Shown: positions 1-12,857 of the stretch, one piece after another
Layout of the letters: the number at the start of each line of letters is the position of its first letter
Numbering within the stretch: the first letter of the stretch is position 1
Source of the DNA: Tubiluchus corallicola
Lineage: Eukaryota; Animalia; Priapulida
Length of the DNA stretch: 64,000 bases
NCBI GenBank assembly: GCA_030141605.1
Contig: JAQGDQ010000240.1
Location: forward strand, 124,001-188,000
Direction: 5' to 3'
Notes under the pieces: generated by a model
The model's input: the letters and a program-made list of their open reading frames with translations, nothing else
What the model was told of the DNA's origin: nothing
Databases searched by the model: none
Position numbers and translations under genes: made by a program

Positions 1-275
1 TTGGGGTAAAAATTGAAAGTGGGTTGATAAAAAGTGTAACAATTGTCAACACCTTTCACCTTTCTGGAGGAGAGTTTAGCAAAAACACATGATACGACCC
101 AAGGGAATTTTCTACCTGTATGAATGAAAAAAATTAATGAACTAATTTGATTTCAATTACATTAAGCTTAGTTTGCAAAAAACAAAAAACATAAACCAAC
201 TCCATGTCTTCGGTGTTAGGTACATCGCAGCACGGATTTCATACCACAACTTCCTGTTTTGATTCTGTTTTGCAG

Positions 276-571
276 AACAATAGTGCTAGCAGTAAGTACT
301 CGTCTAGATAACAAACAATAACATCTTATAAATTAAAATCTACTCGAAAGATGGGTATGTACTTTCAGCAATGGCAACTCCAGAACTTAATCCTAATGAT
401 GATTTTAACGCTGTTCCATTCTCACTGCATAGCAGAATAACATCAAGATACGTTAACACTCCTACTAACAGTGTTTTCATGCGATGGAGCCAAAACGTAA
501 AAGTATTGCAGAAGTTCAGCTTTTCCTTCTATAAGGCATGCATTCGGAATGTGCGTGTGTGGTCATTTTGA
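276..571 (+). CDS. Candidate exon pair (16-nt microexon 276-291 plus exon from 369) of an unidentified gene entering from the left
   Basis: ctgttttgcag|aacaatagtgctagca|gtaagt, a 77-nt intron, then actttcag|caatggca. The join is in frame (NNSAS-T-MATPELNPNDDFNAVPF...) with ORF 371-571. No homology recognised. Confidence 0.3.
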
Positions 572-717
572 AATTCAAAATGGTGGCTTTGCCATATCAC
601 TTCACTCCACCAATTATTAAAATCAGCTCACTTTGTGGTTACGTGTCTACCTGTTTACCTGATTATCACAGTCATAACTGTGGTTAGCACCCTATTTTGA
701 TGAGTAGTTGCATATTT

Positions 718-958
<241 letters not shown>

Positions 959-2389
959 TGCAATAACATAACATACTTTAATTTATTTGTTAGTTATTCG
1001 TTGTTTGATCTAAAGCCCAGAATACATAAGGTCTTTATTTGTCTTTCTTAGCTCATCTTTTATCTTAAAGCTGCTTTGTAAGCACTTTTCGTCACCCAGT
1101 AAACAGTTTCTTAATGAAATTTTGAAATCGAATGCTTTTATAAACTGCAAAATTACGTCTGGCAGTTCTGCATTGGTGTTCTTGTCACGGGAGAGACAAA
1201 AAACAGGCAGAAAATTCCACACCGTCTCTCTGCTCAGCGAAACGTCTCCGACGACAGATTGTTTGATCAGAAACATTCTCAACTAGGAAACATTCTCAAC
1301 CTTTTCAAACCATTCCTAACAGACATATGTTTAGAACATGACTTCGTAAATGTAGGTAAAAAGATAGCGCGATTATAGTTTTTATTATAGGTCATAAATA
1401 AATCTAAATACCCGACAACTAAATATCATTACATGAAAAAATAACTAGGATAAGATTTGATTAGAATACGACAGGATCTAGTTACAATATTTGATTATTA
1501 TTACTAATTAATACTTAATAAGTAATTAATTAGATATCGTTAAGCATGTATGGCAAATCAATGGCACCAATATTCTAAATTCAATTTAAAATATACGGTT
1601 ATCTATTCCAGCTTACTATATAATTTGTCAATCAATTTCCTTTAGCATGTTTTCAATTCTTTATATTTGTAGCTCATGTGTACAGCTTATACCTCTGGCC
1701 TTGCACCTTTCACTCAAGATAACCGTCTCTGTTTTCTCAAGTCTTCTTTCAAAGCAATGATTGACTTTTGCATTTCTTTCCGTTTGCCATAAATTTTAAG
1801 AAGATTATTTTTCAAGATTGGATTGGATTATAATTTCAAGATGGTCAAGCATTTAAATGCATCCTTTCATAGTTATCAAAGTAAACTACAGACCTGAATT
1901 ATTGTCCTTACCCTAACAATTATATTTACACTTTTCTACTTTATTCAACTAGCCTAGTGCTGACATCTAGAAATGAAAACATAAAACCAGAATGCAACAA
2001 TCCGCTTCTGCCTGCTGGCTTCGTTCAAGAACTGCGCTTGACGATGGCATAAAAACGTCTAAAAACGCAAAACGCAGTACACTTTCGAGTTTATTAGCTG
2101 CTGCTGTCTATTACTACAGCTATAGAAATGAAACTCGATTAGCATTCAAAAACGCAAACTATTTACTACTGAGCAGAAAAACTGGATCGAATACGGCAAT
2201 TTTAGTTTAGCTCGCACTCGGATTCATCAAATGTGATGGCAGAGTCACCTGTTGGAAACTAATTAAAATGACTGAGATTTTTGCTTGAGGCTGGTGTTTT
2301 GGTGACTTTTCATAAGAGCATCGTAAGCGTGTGCCTGTTAGAGTAATTCAAACTTTTTCTGTTTATTCAGTATTCACGCACAAATATCA

Positions 2390-2631
2390 CAAAATTAGCT
2401 GTCTGACAATTTATAAAACTTCTTAGACCTTTGACACAAATTGACAGTACTCTGCTTTTATTCAGTCGACGAATAACGTCATTGATGTAAAATGGGAGCA
2501 CCCAACTTTAAAGTCATTTTACTAATTACACGAGGTGATATCCCACACGTTTATTACTAAATGTTTTAAACATTTTTTTCTCGAACATTGAAATAACCCG
2601 ATTTTCCCAGAAGACTTGGCCTTTCCTTTAA
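2390..2631 (+). mobile_element. Right part of a TTAA-target MITE (Kolobok/piggyBac-type), same family as 12247-12857
   Basis: Aligns by eye with 12600-12861 (attgacagtact, acgtcattg, cgaacattgaaataa) and ends in ...tttcct|ttaa. Confidence 0.7.
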
Positions 2632-5574
2632 CTAAACTGAAAGGCCCACTAAAGAACATTCATTAAAGTCAAAACAGTTAGCCTTAAATTTTTCTTCTCA
2701 TTTTCTTTCTTATTTTTTCCTCCGTCCTTCATTTCCTCCTTTTTCTATTTCCTCTTTTCATTTAATTCAGGCGCATAATAATTGTGCAGGTGCAATAAAA
2801 CTACAGTACTTCCTTACATAAACGTGGTCAAAAACAATTTCAGCTGTAATCTACGAGAAAAAAGCGATTAGTCCACAGTCATTTTGTGTTCAATATGAAT
2901 GTATCGTAAAAGTGTATGTAATAGGCGTTGAAGTCCCTATTTCAAAAGTACTTGAACAGTTATTATGCTTCAACAAGCATACTATTGACTGTGTAACTTG
3001 CATAAAACTTGCAGCTTTTTACAAGTCGTGAATTCATGGTCTGCTCGGTATGAAGTCTTGCAAGCTGTTGTAGAAGCCATTGACTCGCGCCGCCCCGCCC
3101 CCATCATTCCCGACCCAGTTTTAATCGTTGACCGGCCCTCCTAACACAGCTGACCCCACACCAAAAAACAACAGCAATTCCCCTGATGTTGATGTTTAGG
3201 TTCGTTCACATAGAATTCGCGTTAAGTCAGTGCTGTAGTTTATTTTCATTCGTATTCGTGTTCAACGAGCGAAACCATGCACAGTTCTACATTCTTTACA
3301 CTCTATGCCAGCCAGGAGGGGGCGCATTGTCGCTCTGCATACTTCTGACTAACGAAACTAATGCAAAAAACCTGTGACCCACATTGAACCTGACACAGAA
3401 TACCATTAATTCCGGCCTAATTTTAAAAATAAAATGGAGGGAAGTTTATATTTTCATAATGTTATTGAGAAAAAAGTGCAAGTATTTTACAAATGAGAAC
3501 CTCAGAAGAGTAAAGTGGGTCAGTTGTGGAATTCGCACATCGTTAGTCAACGTATAAGCTGAGTACACACGGAGAGGAAGAGATTTTTTTACAAAAATTC
3601 TTCTGTGATAGCAGTGAGCAGTACGTAGTGCACGATTTGAAGTTTGAAAGCAATAAAATAAGAAAATACAAATTTGTAAGACACTTCACGGGTAAAGAAA
3701 TACAATTGTTCAAACTAATTATAACCTCTAACTGCTGCTAATTCAAAACTTGTTTGCTATATTCTAATTTGCGTTGCAAACTCCAGTATACACTTGTGTG
3801 AACTCTTGTGGAAGCGAATATGTCAGGAAAGCAAAATTCTGTCAAACAGCAGTTACAAATCGTAAGACATTTAAAAAAATAATAATGTAATATATAATAA
3901 TGAAAACAAGTATTAATAAAAGCCTACAATTTGCAACTTTTCAGTGTAAATAGTAACAGTTTGTAAGTTCACACTGCTAGTAGCAAGCTGTTTCTATTGA
4001 CGATACAAATGATTTGGTCATTACAACCTACAATCATTAGAATGAAAATGAAAAATCTTGTCATTATTATCATTAAATCTAATTGCGGACATTTCTAGCT
4101 GATAGCCAGAAATTCTTCTGGATTATCGGCAGTAGCGTTAAGTGAGTAAGTGACAGACAGGTAGAAACTTAAAAATGTTTATTTATATGAAGTCTATCCA
4201 ATCAGTCAACAACTAGCAATATTTTGGAAAATTGTCGAAAGGAAACACGTTACTGGTAAAGTACTAGACACTAATAACTGCTCTGGGGAAAAGCAAAATC
4301 CACGTATAAGTGTGAACGTCCATATATATTAACAACAAAGATAAATTGGCTGTTCCTTGTAACTGTGTAGAATCTTATTAATGTCGCCAAATCATTATTA
4401 TTACTGCATTAAATTTTTTTTAATTACCCCGCTATTAAAGGAAAACCGGACGATTGTTTAGACCCAATCTCATTTTAATTTACTGTCCAAAATATACATT
4501 TTCTTGCCTATAAAAGTTAACAATTGTTTCTTATACTTGAATAATTAGCTTAGAAAGTTAATTAACGGCAACCGAACACAGCTATTGCTTACGTCAGAAA
4601 TTAATCACAGTTTGTGCAATAGCAGGCATCTCCCTTGTGCGTCAAGCATGTTTGCGTAAGTGTTACAGTACTGCTTAAACGCGTGATGTCACGAAAATGG
4701 GCTCTACGTCATATGACGTCAAAAACTAACACTGCAATTCATGATCATGGTCATCATGCACTTCACGGTACCGCCTTCTATTTGTCGGCCACGCGCATAT
4801 GACAAAACGGCGCTGTTGCCAATCTTAGTAGACTCACTGAGCCGCACGTAACTTTGAAAGTTTAACAAGATTTGAGTATCCGAGGTAATTGTATTTAATC
4901 TAAGCTTTGATTCAAAAATAAGCTATTGTCGTTTTCAATATTTTAGAGCATTCTTTATTCAGAACTAATGTTTACACAATTGTCCGGTTTTTCTTTAAAT
5001 TTGCATAAAAGAACTAATAAATTAGCACAAAGCAATAAATTAGCAAATATCTTACACAAAGCAAGTAATTGGCTCTTGATGTTTTACTTTCACTACTACT
5101 CAATACACGTACTAAATTACTCATCATTCGCCCATGCAGCATATGGGCTATCTTTGTTAGTTATTGACAAATTAAGTACCTGACCTAGAACGCAAATTAA
5201 GAATAGGTTAAAGTTAATGAAAGAGCTGGATTGAAGAAAATAATATTCAAGTCTAGCTGGGAATTAATGGCTCAGTAGTCATTGCATAATCTAATCTTTA
5301 TTTTCAATAAATTTTAATCGCCTGCAAATGGTGGCTCAACGACTAGACAGGTAACATTTGACTGCACTTCCCACTTTCGAATGCGTATAATTCACATTTT
5401 CTCCCCTATTTTCTTTGCATTCTTCGTCAGACAAAAGACAAATATAACTTTTATTTACCGTCGCTCGTTTACAACATTAGCGCTAATGACTATTTAACCA
5501 GTTACACCATACAGCAATACAGATGAATATGCAACACACAAATAACGAATAATATGGACGGTATTGTTTCCATC

Positions 5575-5652
5575 CGCTAGTCTCAAACCCAAGACTGCAA
5601 CCACTAAGCGCGTCTTCAATCTACAGTCTAGACCACTCGGCGATCGAACCCA
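5575..5652 (-). mobile_element. Degenerate tRNA-derived SINE head or tRNA pseudogene
   Basis: The minus strand reads gatcgccgagtggtcta (A-box-like) ... gggtttgagact (degenerate B-box) at tRNA-like spacing. No intact cloverleaf seen. Confidence 0.35.
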
Positions 5653-5873
5653 GAACCATGGTGTTGCCATTATTATTATTGTTTTTGCCGGTACTGTTGG
5701 CGGCCACGGGATAGTATATTTCAAAATGGACAGATTAAAATTAGATGTGAAGGTTCCAAATTATATTTAGTTAAAGCCTTTAGTTAAAATCACTAATAAT
5801 CAGTACAAATAAGAAACGTGATCAGATTGAAAACATGAATTTAACCATATAGACATTTAAGGTTAAGTTGGAC

Positions 5874-5985
5874 TTAAAGCAAAAGTAAAGTCTCTCGGGA
5901 AGTTGAGCTTATTCTAATATTTAAGGAAAATGTTAGAAAGTTTCAGCAATGAAATTGTGATAAGCACCTCGTGTAATTAATAATT
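5874..5985 (-). mobile_element. Third, inverted copy of the TTAA MITE terminus
   Basis: ttaaagcaaaagtaaagtctctcgggaag...cacctcgtgtaatta matches the reverse complement of 2520-2631. Confidence 0.6.
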
Positions 5986-6840
5986 TCAATTTAAAATCGC
6001 GATAACTTCACCATTGGGCTCGCTCATTTTGGTGAAAATGGCGGCATCTGCTTACTGTGCAATATAAACAGTTATTCTGCCAAATGCTTCAGCAATCTTT
6101 TTTTGACTTATAGAGCGAACTCTATTCACCAAATAACCCACCCGGTACTTACTGTATGCTTACAAGTTTACATGTATATCTGAAAGTCAACAAAAGTCTG
6201 TAAATTAATTACATTTACGCAATTAATGTATACTAGTTACACATTTTACGGTATAATCCTGTGAGTTAAAGATATGTAACCACTTTAATCTCGGTCATAA
6301 TTGATCAAATGACTAATTTTTACATAAACACAGTTAAATACAACGCTAGAATAACTGAGTGTACTGTAGCAATTTCTCAACGCGTACCTTCGCAGCTTGC
6401 CTTCCAGCATTCACGCTGCCCTGCAGTCACCAGCTTTTTGCAAATATGCCGGAAGCGACGTTTCTTTGGGCGGGAGATAAAAAATATTTAAATTTCCTTT
6501 ACATTTTTAAGCAAAGCGTTCTATGCGAAAATCTTGTGTGGTGATTTCAATATTTTCAATTATATATTAAAATGCAATAAATGTTGTTCGAGGGTTGGTT
6601 CTTCCTTTAAATACAGAAGACAGCATAATTTCTTGTTTCTAATATATCGCAAGCTTTCACCTGAGACCAGTTTCGACTTTTTTTTCAAAAAAATTGTTAC
6701 AAACCTTTTCATAAACAATCCACTATATTATAAACTTTATTATGTCTTTAATAATAAAATACCGCTTCTCAAGAATGAATCCAGAAGTTTTATAAAGAAT
6801 TTAACATCTTTCTTTTACTTATTTTCACAACTATTTGAAA

Positions 6841-7025
6841 TGTCTGGTTACTGCATTGGAACCTACTTTCGTAACTAGCTGAACTGTATGGTTGTTGCAA
6901 TGGCACTTATTTTGACAACTAGCTGAACATGCATGGTTACTACCCTGGAACCTACTTTCACAACTAGTTGAACTGTATGGTTACTGCATTAGAGCCTACT
7001 TTCACCACAAACTTAACTGTATGGC
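6841..7025. repeat. Degenerate ~43-bp tandem repeat, about 4 copies
   Basis: Recurrent tgtatggttactgcattggaacctactttcacaactagctgaac. Confidence 0.8.
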
Positions 7026-7639
7026 TGCTGCTGCTTCGTTTAATTACTTCTGCTACCCCTTTGAGCCTGCATCATCCCCAGTCCTCGTTATTTATCTGAA
7101 TCTGACAGGCCTGCTTTGCGTACTCACTCCGTGCTTCTGACGGATTCATTGCATGGAATTAATTAACATCAAATATGTAACCCTACTGTCTCCTGGATGA
7201 ATCTCACTCAATTAGCAGTCAAAGCTGCGCAAAAAAGACATTAAATTTTCAAATGTGAATTAAAATTTTAATTAGCAAGGACAAGAAAATTAATTAGTAT
7301 AAGATTGCACTCGAATAGATAATAAACTTTAATTGAAAGGCACCATAATCAAGATGAGCCATGGAAGGGTCAAACAAATATTGATTTATGGGCCTTTACT
7401 TCATTTCTATTTATGTTTTTAAACAGTTAATTAACCCTCTTGCAACCGTTATTAAAAGTTACCCATTAAATTGTTAAATTGTAAACTAACATAAGAAACT
7501 CACTTTTAAACAAACAAAAATATGAAACAAAGATTTGCTAGATGCCGTTTCGAATTTGAACCAACATAGAGTAGGCCCAATCTTGAAAATGTGCTTTTAT
7601 AAACTTCTGGGGGGCGTTTTTCTTCTAAAAGTGACCGGC

Positions 7640-8270
7640 ATAGCCAGTCCTGTCAATTTGACTATGCTGATTACGAAAAAAAGCTGTTGCCAGCTGGAAA
7701 AACTAGCTGAAAGGAGTAAAAAACAAAAAAAAACAAAATCGCAGCCAAGTTTTTGCATAAACAACGTAATCGAAGAGAAATTTCCAGAAAAATTAATATT
7801 ACGAAGCGATTATGACATCCATTCCAGAGTAGTTGGGCCTAAGCAACCCATTTCTGTTACTTTCATTACAAAAATGGTCGCCGTTTTCAAAATCACCACA
7901 ACATGATTCTATTTCAAGAATTTCAATGTTTTCTACCAAAATGGCTGCAGCCGCTTGTGTAATACGCTAGCTATATTGCATGTTCTAAGGCAGATAGGAT
8001 GATGATTTTAGTGTCTAGGTGCATGGCTTTAAACGTAAAGGCTATAGTAGTCGCCACTTCCAAGATGGCCGACAAGATCTCAGTCGCTAGCATATGAAGG
8101 CCACATCTTAGTTGTTAGAGCATGATGATTTTGGTTTGTAAATGTAGATTTTCTAGGTCAACAACATCTATAACACCGCCTACTTAAGATTTCAAGATGG
8201 TCGCCAAGATGGTTGCAACCATGTGTGTAATGTGTTAGCTATATTGCACATTCTATTGGAAATACAACGA
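7640..8270. mobile_element. Non-autonomous repeat (Helentron/HINE-like) with internal caagatggc subrepeats; part is duplicated at 9124-9266
   Basis: 7640-7785 resembles 9124-9266 (tttgactatgctga...aaaaagctgt...gccagct...aagttttt). Recurrent aagatggYYg and gctatattgca blocks. Family assignment is inference. Confidence 0.5.
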
Positions 8271-8594
8271 TATAATGGAAATATAATGGACCTCTTCCAA
8301 CACGAGTCAGACGATGATAGTAAAACTATGGCAGTCATCAACGCCTTATCTAACAGCACCTGTCTGATATACCACTCCTTTAGTATGCCATAATTGTGTG
8401 GCATATGTTGGAGGAATTGTTTCCAAAAAAACCTTCCCTTTCTTGTGAACAGGTTTTTACGTGTTTGCAAACTGACTTCAATGTACTAGCTTTGTGATAC
8501 AGGAGTACAACAAAAAAAATCGAGCACTAGCACGAGTTCAATAAATAGTTCAGCTCTAGTCATGTTTCTTGAAAATAAAAATACTTGTGTTACG

Positions 8595-8875
8595 TGGGCC
8601 AATGCAGCTTTTTCTCTCTTTTTGTAAAAACTGTAATCTGATCTCAAACAGTATTTACATGGATTGCTGACAGAGCTGATGTTTTCTTTCAGGACCAATG
8701 GCACTCAAAATTTCATATGGCCTAAGATATGGCTCAGAAACTTACTATATGGGCAAAACCATCTTTTTTCTTCTCTCTGTAAATGTTGAAGTCTGGTCGC
8801 AAACATAGAATGCTGACAGAGATACTTTTTCATTACCCATGGCATTCACAATTTCATATGGCTTAACACGGCTTT
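8595..8875. repeat. Diverged ~150-bp tandem duplication
   Basis: Two copies of tgctgacagag...atggcaYtca(a/c)aatttcatatggcYtaa about 145 bp apart. Confidence 0.65.
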
Positions 8876-8917
8876 TATAAGTTAGTGACAGCTACCTTTT
8901 CGGCTATTCTGACAACA

Positions 8918-9074
8918 TAGATAGATAGATAGATGGATGGATGGATGGATGGATGGATGGATGGATGGATGGATGGATGGATGGATGGATGGATGGATGG
9001 ATGGATGGATGGGACGGACGGACGGACGGACGGACGGACGGACGGACGGACAGACAAACAGACAGACAGATAGA
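8918..9074. repeat. Compound tetranucleotide microsatellite (GATA)-(GATG)-(GACG)-(GACA)
   Basis: Directly visible; abuts the repeat copy at 9124-9266. Confidence 0.97.
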
Positions 9075-12000
9075 TTTTAAAGGTCAAGGATTTAGGGTAG
9101 CGATTTTTTTAACATTGGGCACGATAGCCAATCTTATCAAATGTTTGACTATGCTGAGTCCGAAAAAAGCTGTCGCCAGCTTGAAAAATTAGCGGAAAGG
9201 GGTCAAAAACGCAAAACAACATGGCCGTCAAGTTTTTGTGCAAACAATGTAAATCAATAGAAATTGACTGGATTTAGATTTAGTCAAAGCTAAAGCCAAA
9301 ACGGAAACACCGCTAAAACTGTAAACTTGTACCCTTCACAGCCAAAAGCCGATGTACTATAATATCACGGTGTGAAATTTCAACTTTGTAGTGCACTTGC
9401 TTCTAATATAATTGCAGTTTAAACTTCGTCACCTTTTTTCTGCGCCATTCGATACAAGGTTTAAATGAATGATATCCTTTCAGCTAGTAATAAAAACACT
9501 GTTGTATCTATGTATGATCTTCCACCATGACCAAAATGTTTGCTGCTGAGTCATCGAACATCTTTAAAATAGATCATTTGAGTCAACTCCAAAATATCCC
9601 AGTTGTTCTTTTGATCATCCAACGAGTTGACCTTTTCGAAGGTTTCTATGCATCCCTATAGAACAGTTCCCGCAGAACTTTTAATAATTTTACCAGCAAT
9701 TTAACAATTTGCGGAGAAGGCTCAACGCTCCTTTTTTCGCGTGTTGCTATAGTTGCTGAGTTTGAGGAGGGTAGACAGGTATACAGAAGTCTACCACATT
9801 TTTATCGCCAGAAACGCTGCAGAATTATTTAGAACCACAAAAATCTGGTTCACGTTTCATTAATTCTACTTGCAAACCTATTAGGTTTTATTTGTTCGGC
9901 AATATTAGATAATAATTAGCTTTCGATCTGCAAAGGCAATCTCTTGTCATCTGTAACAGGAAGAGAGCCATTGTAATTACTGTTAATTAAAAGTATGCTC
10001 TGACATTAGACACGCAGTTGTGTCCGGTGCAGAACTGATACGAAGTTTTGAGTCCTCTGCCCGAATTGAAGCCAGCTGTAGTCAGTGGAGTGTGAACTGT
10101 GAAGTGTGGCTTCACTGCCAGACTCGCTAAATCAGAGCAGTCTGTACGCACAGATACGTTGCAATAACTTCGAAGTAGCAATAATACACATTACGCAAAT
10201 AAACAGTGTGACTGTTTACGAAATTGCGCATTCCAGGACTCACGAGTGCAGACGATTGACTGTAGGAAAGCGAACGACAACAAAAAACAAAAACATTAAT
10301 AAAACTTAGATAGATGACTTTAGAAATATATTGAAATAAACTCAATTGAAATTATTTCAAGTGAACCCATTTGCAGTGAATTAATTTGAATTTAATGACC
10401 AGCCGTCAAATGGGGATAAGGAATTGCAAAGATTGTACGGAAAAGCAAATATCATCAATGAAATACCAAGTAGTAAAACGTCCCCATTTTTAGAATATAT
10501 AAGGCATAAATGTATAAAAAAAATGCCAGTGTTAATCATATAATTATTTTTAATACTAAAGGCTGTTTCATATTACCAATTCTGCTACCTAGAAATAATT
10601 GACCTTGCTTTTTCTTTTTTGCGCCCTTATTTCATCAAGCAAAAACAGTGATCTATCTCTGTAGCTAGGCAAATTTTTGTTTTTTATGATTTACTATTTG
10701 CCATATTGTACTAACATAGTGTATAAGATAGGAAGGTCCAGGAACTACCCGAGCAGATGTTTGTTTGATCACCAACTCAAAAGAGAAGCAGGTCTAAGGA
10801 AAAACTTAGAGCAATCATTTTCCCGAGAAAATTAGGGAATTTGGGTGGTTTGCTGCTCTCGTAGGCCAGTTTAAGTTCGAAATTCTTGTGGAGTTTGTTG
10901 GATGGAAACACTTCTTTTATGCCTGTGCAATAGTTGAAGTGGTCAAAACCGCAATTTCTAGTTTTTCTCTAGACACGTTTTTTTGAAACTCTTATATAGC
11001 CTATGCCGCTTCTTGATTAGACCCAACTTTCATTATAGCTGAAATACGCTCGCTTTAATCATTATGCCGCATGCGCACTAAAATAGTTTGAGCGTCATTA
11101 ACAACTCATTTCGTGCACGTGTTCCCTCTCTGTCTGGGCCCTCAAGCTAACAATCGTGATTTTGATTACAATAATTTTCGCCTGAAAGATTCCGGAATTT
11201 CAATTTCGATGTTTACGACATTACTTAAGAGTGCGCAAGCCCAGCGATCGCTTGTGGTCGGCTTCCTTCGGAATTCTTAAGAAGTCACGAAAACGTGCCC
11301 CAAAACATGCTTAAAGTTTTAATCTTTATTATTGATATGGACGAATAATGGTTTTGTAAATACAAATTATGCTTGCGTGATTTAAAAGCAAAGTTGTACA
11401 AGAGATTAATAAGCCTACTTGCCTAGTACTTTAGTATTTCAACAATTTTTACATGAACTTTATTTTATGAATTGTTTATCGAGAAATATGAAATTTAAGC
11501 AGTTGTTTAGTACATTGTGGACTGCTATAAGGTTATTAGTACCTTCAGTGAAGTTTTTAAAACAGCCAGTTTAACATAAATGAATCTTCCTAATTCTAGG
11601 CTGTTTGGGGAGACACATGGTGATGGATGGTCGTCTTTGCCAACAAACGGAGGTTCTCTTATGGAATCTATATAGGTATATACGCCTACACACAACCTGA
11701 ACAAACATGCAAAATAAATGTGAGTTTAAATTACTGGCAAGTTCACCATTTTTCTTGCGTAGTGCTTACAAACGTTCAACCAAGAAATGCAAAAAATTAA
11801 CAAACCAAATTCAACTTTAAATAGTTGTCATCAATTCATTGTTTTCCAAAAGACCGCTTATCCAAATTTAAAAGCCCTTTCTCGTCGTTTGTAACATCTA
11901 AAATATATGATACTCAACGGGGGTGCCCACTTGCAGAGAGGCCGTGCCCTCAGGCCACCACATATTCCAAATAGTAAAAAAGTGGCGAAAGCAAAAGAAT

Positions 12001-12246
12001 TTTGAAGATATAGTTTCTCGTGATCAACTGTCCAGATAAGAGTTCTTTCCTTCCAACGAATGCTTCAGAACCTGGATTCAATTACAACGACTAGCAGACA
12101 AGAAATTACCACCAGCCTCACTAGAAGTTTTTATTGTAACTTGCCCCAGACATGCCCTCGGACACTTTTGCTAGGAAACAAATAGTTAATTAGTTCCTAA
12201 GCTCCATAATGTAGCTGGAGCGCACTAGCATAGTACACGTTTTTAA

Positions 12247-12857
12247 AGGAAAGAACAAGTCACTCAGTATGTTAGGTTTATTTTACTGGTATCACTTAAA
12301 CCTAGAAAAATATAACAAAGAAATTTGCAAAGAGCTGCCTGTACAGCATAAATGTAAAATATACTACCTCTGAATAGAAATTTTCAGGCGTAGTCGTTCA
12401 CTTGACGATCATAGTAGAATCAGCGAAAGTGCGCTTGTGTCTGCTGATTCTTTCTTAAACTATTTTAATATATGCATAAATGTCAATCAATGAAAAAATA
12501 AAATGACGCAACTGGGAGACTTCGTGGCTTTCAGTAAACGAGCGCTGCTTAAACTAATTCAAGCTTCTACAGCTTACCTAATGTTTACGAAAAAATGTTA
12601 CAGAATTAGCTATCTTTTTTGTAAAGATCATACTTTTGGTAAAGATTGACAGTACTTTATTTTTCTTCAAGACGAATGACGTCATTGGAAGAAGAATGGG
12701 CATTGAAAATGAAGCGCCAAAGCATAAAGTGATTCTGACTCTAAAGTGATTTTACTAGTTACAAGACACGCTTATTGCAGTTTTATAACTAAATCCTTCT
12801 AACATTTTTCGCGAACATTGAAATAAGCCTAACCTCCTAGAAAGCCTTGCTTTTCCT
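12247..12857. mobile_element. Complete TTAA-target MITE (~610 bp), Kolobok/piggyBac-type
   Basis: TTAA|aggaaagaacaag ... cttgcttttcct|TTAA gives imperfect TIRs and a TTAA TSD. Related copies at 2390-2631 and 5874. Confidence 0.75.

Noticed and set aside
1010-1282. ORF with LINE-C-terminus-like strings (also 13936-14163)
   Set aside because: Only a few residues resemble WNxLP/FK motifs, with no supporting upstream motifs.
5575-5652. Functional tRNA gene
   Set aside because: The B-box is degenerate and there are no consistent acceptor or T stems; kept only as a possible SINE relic.
7535-7906. 123-aa ORF with a YDIHSR..GPKQPISVTF string resembling a Cys-loop receptor N-terminus
   Set aside because: It overlaps a dispersed non-coding repeat duplicated at 9124-9266, and no further channel exons were found.
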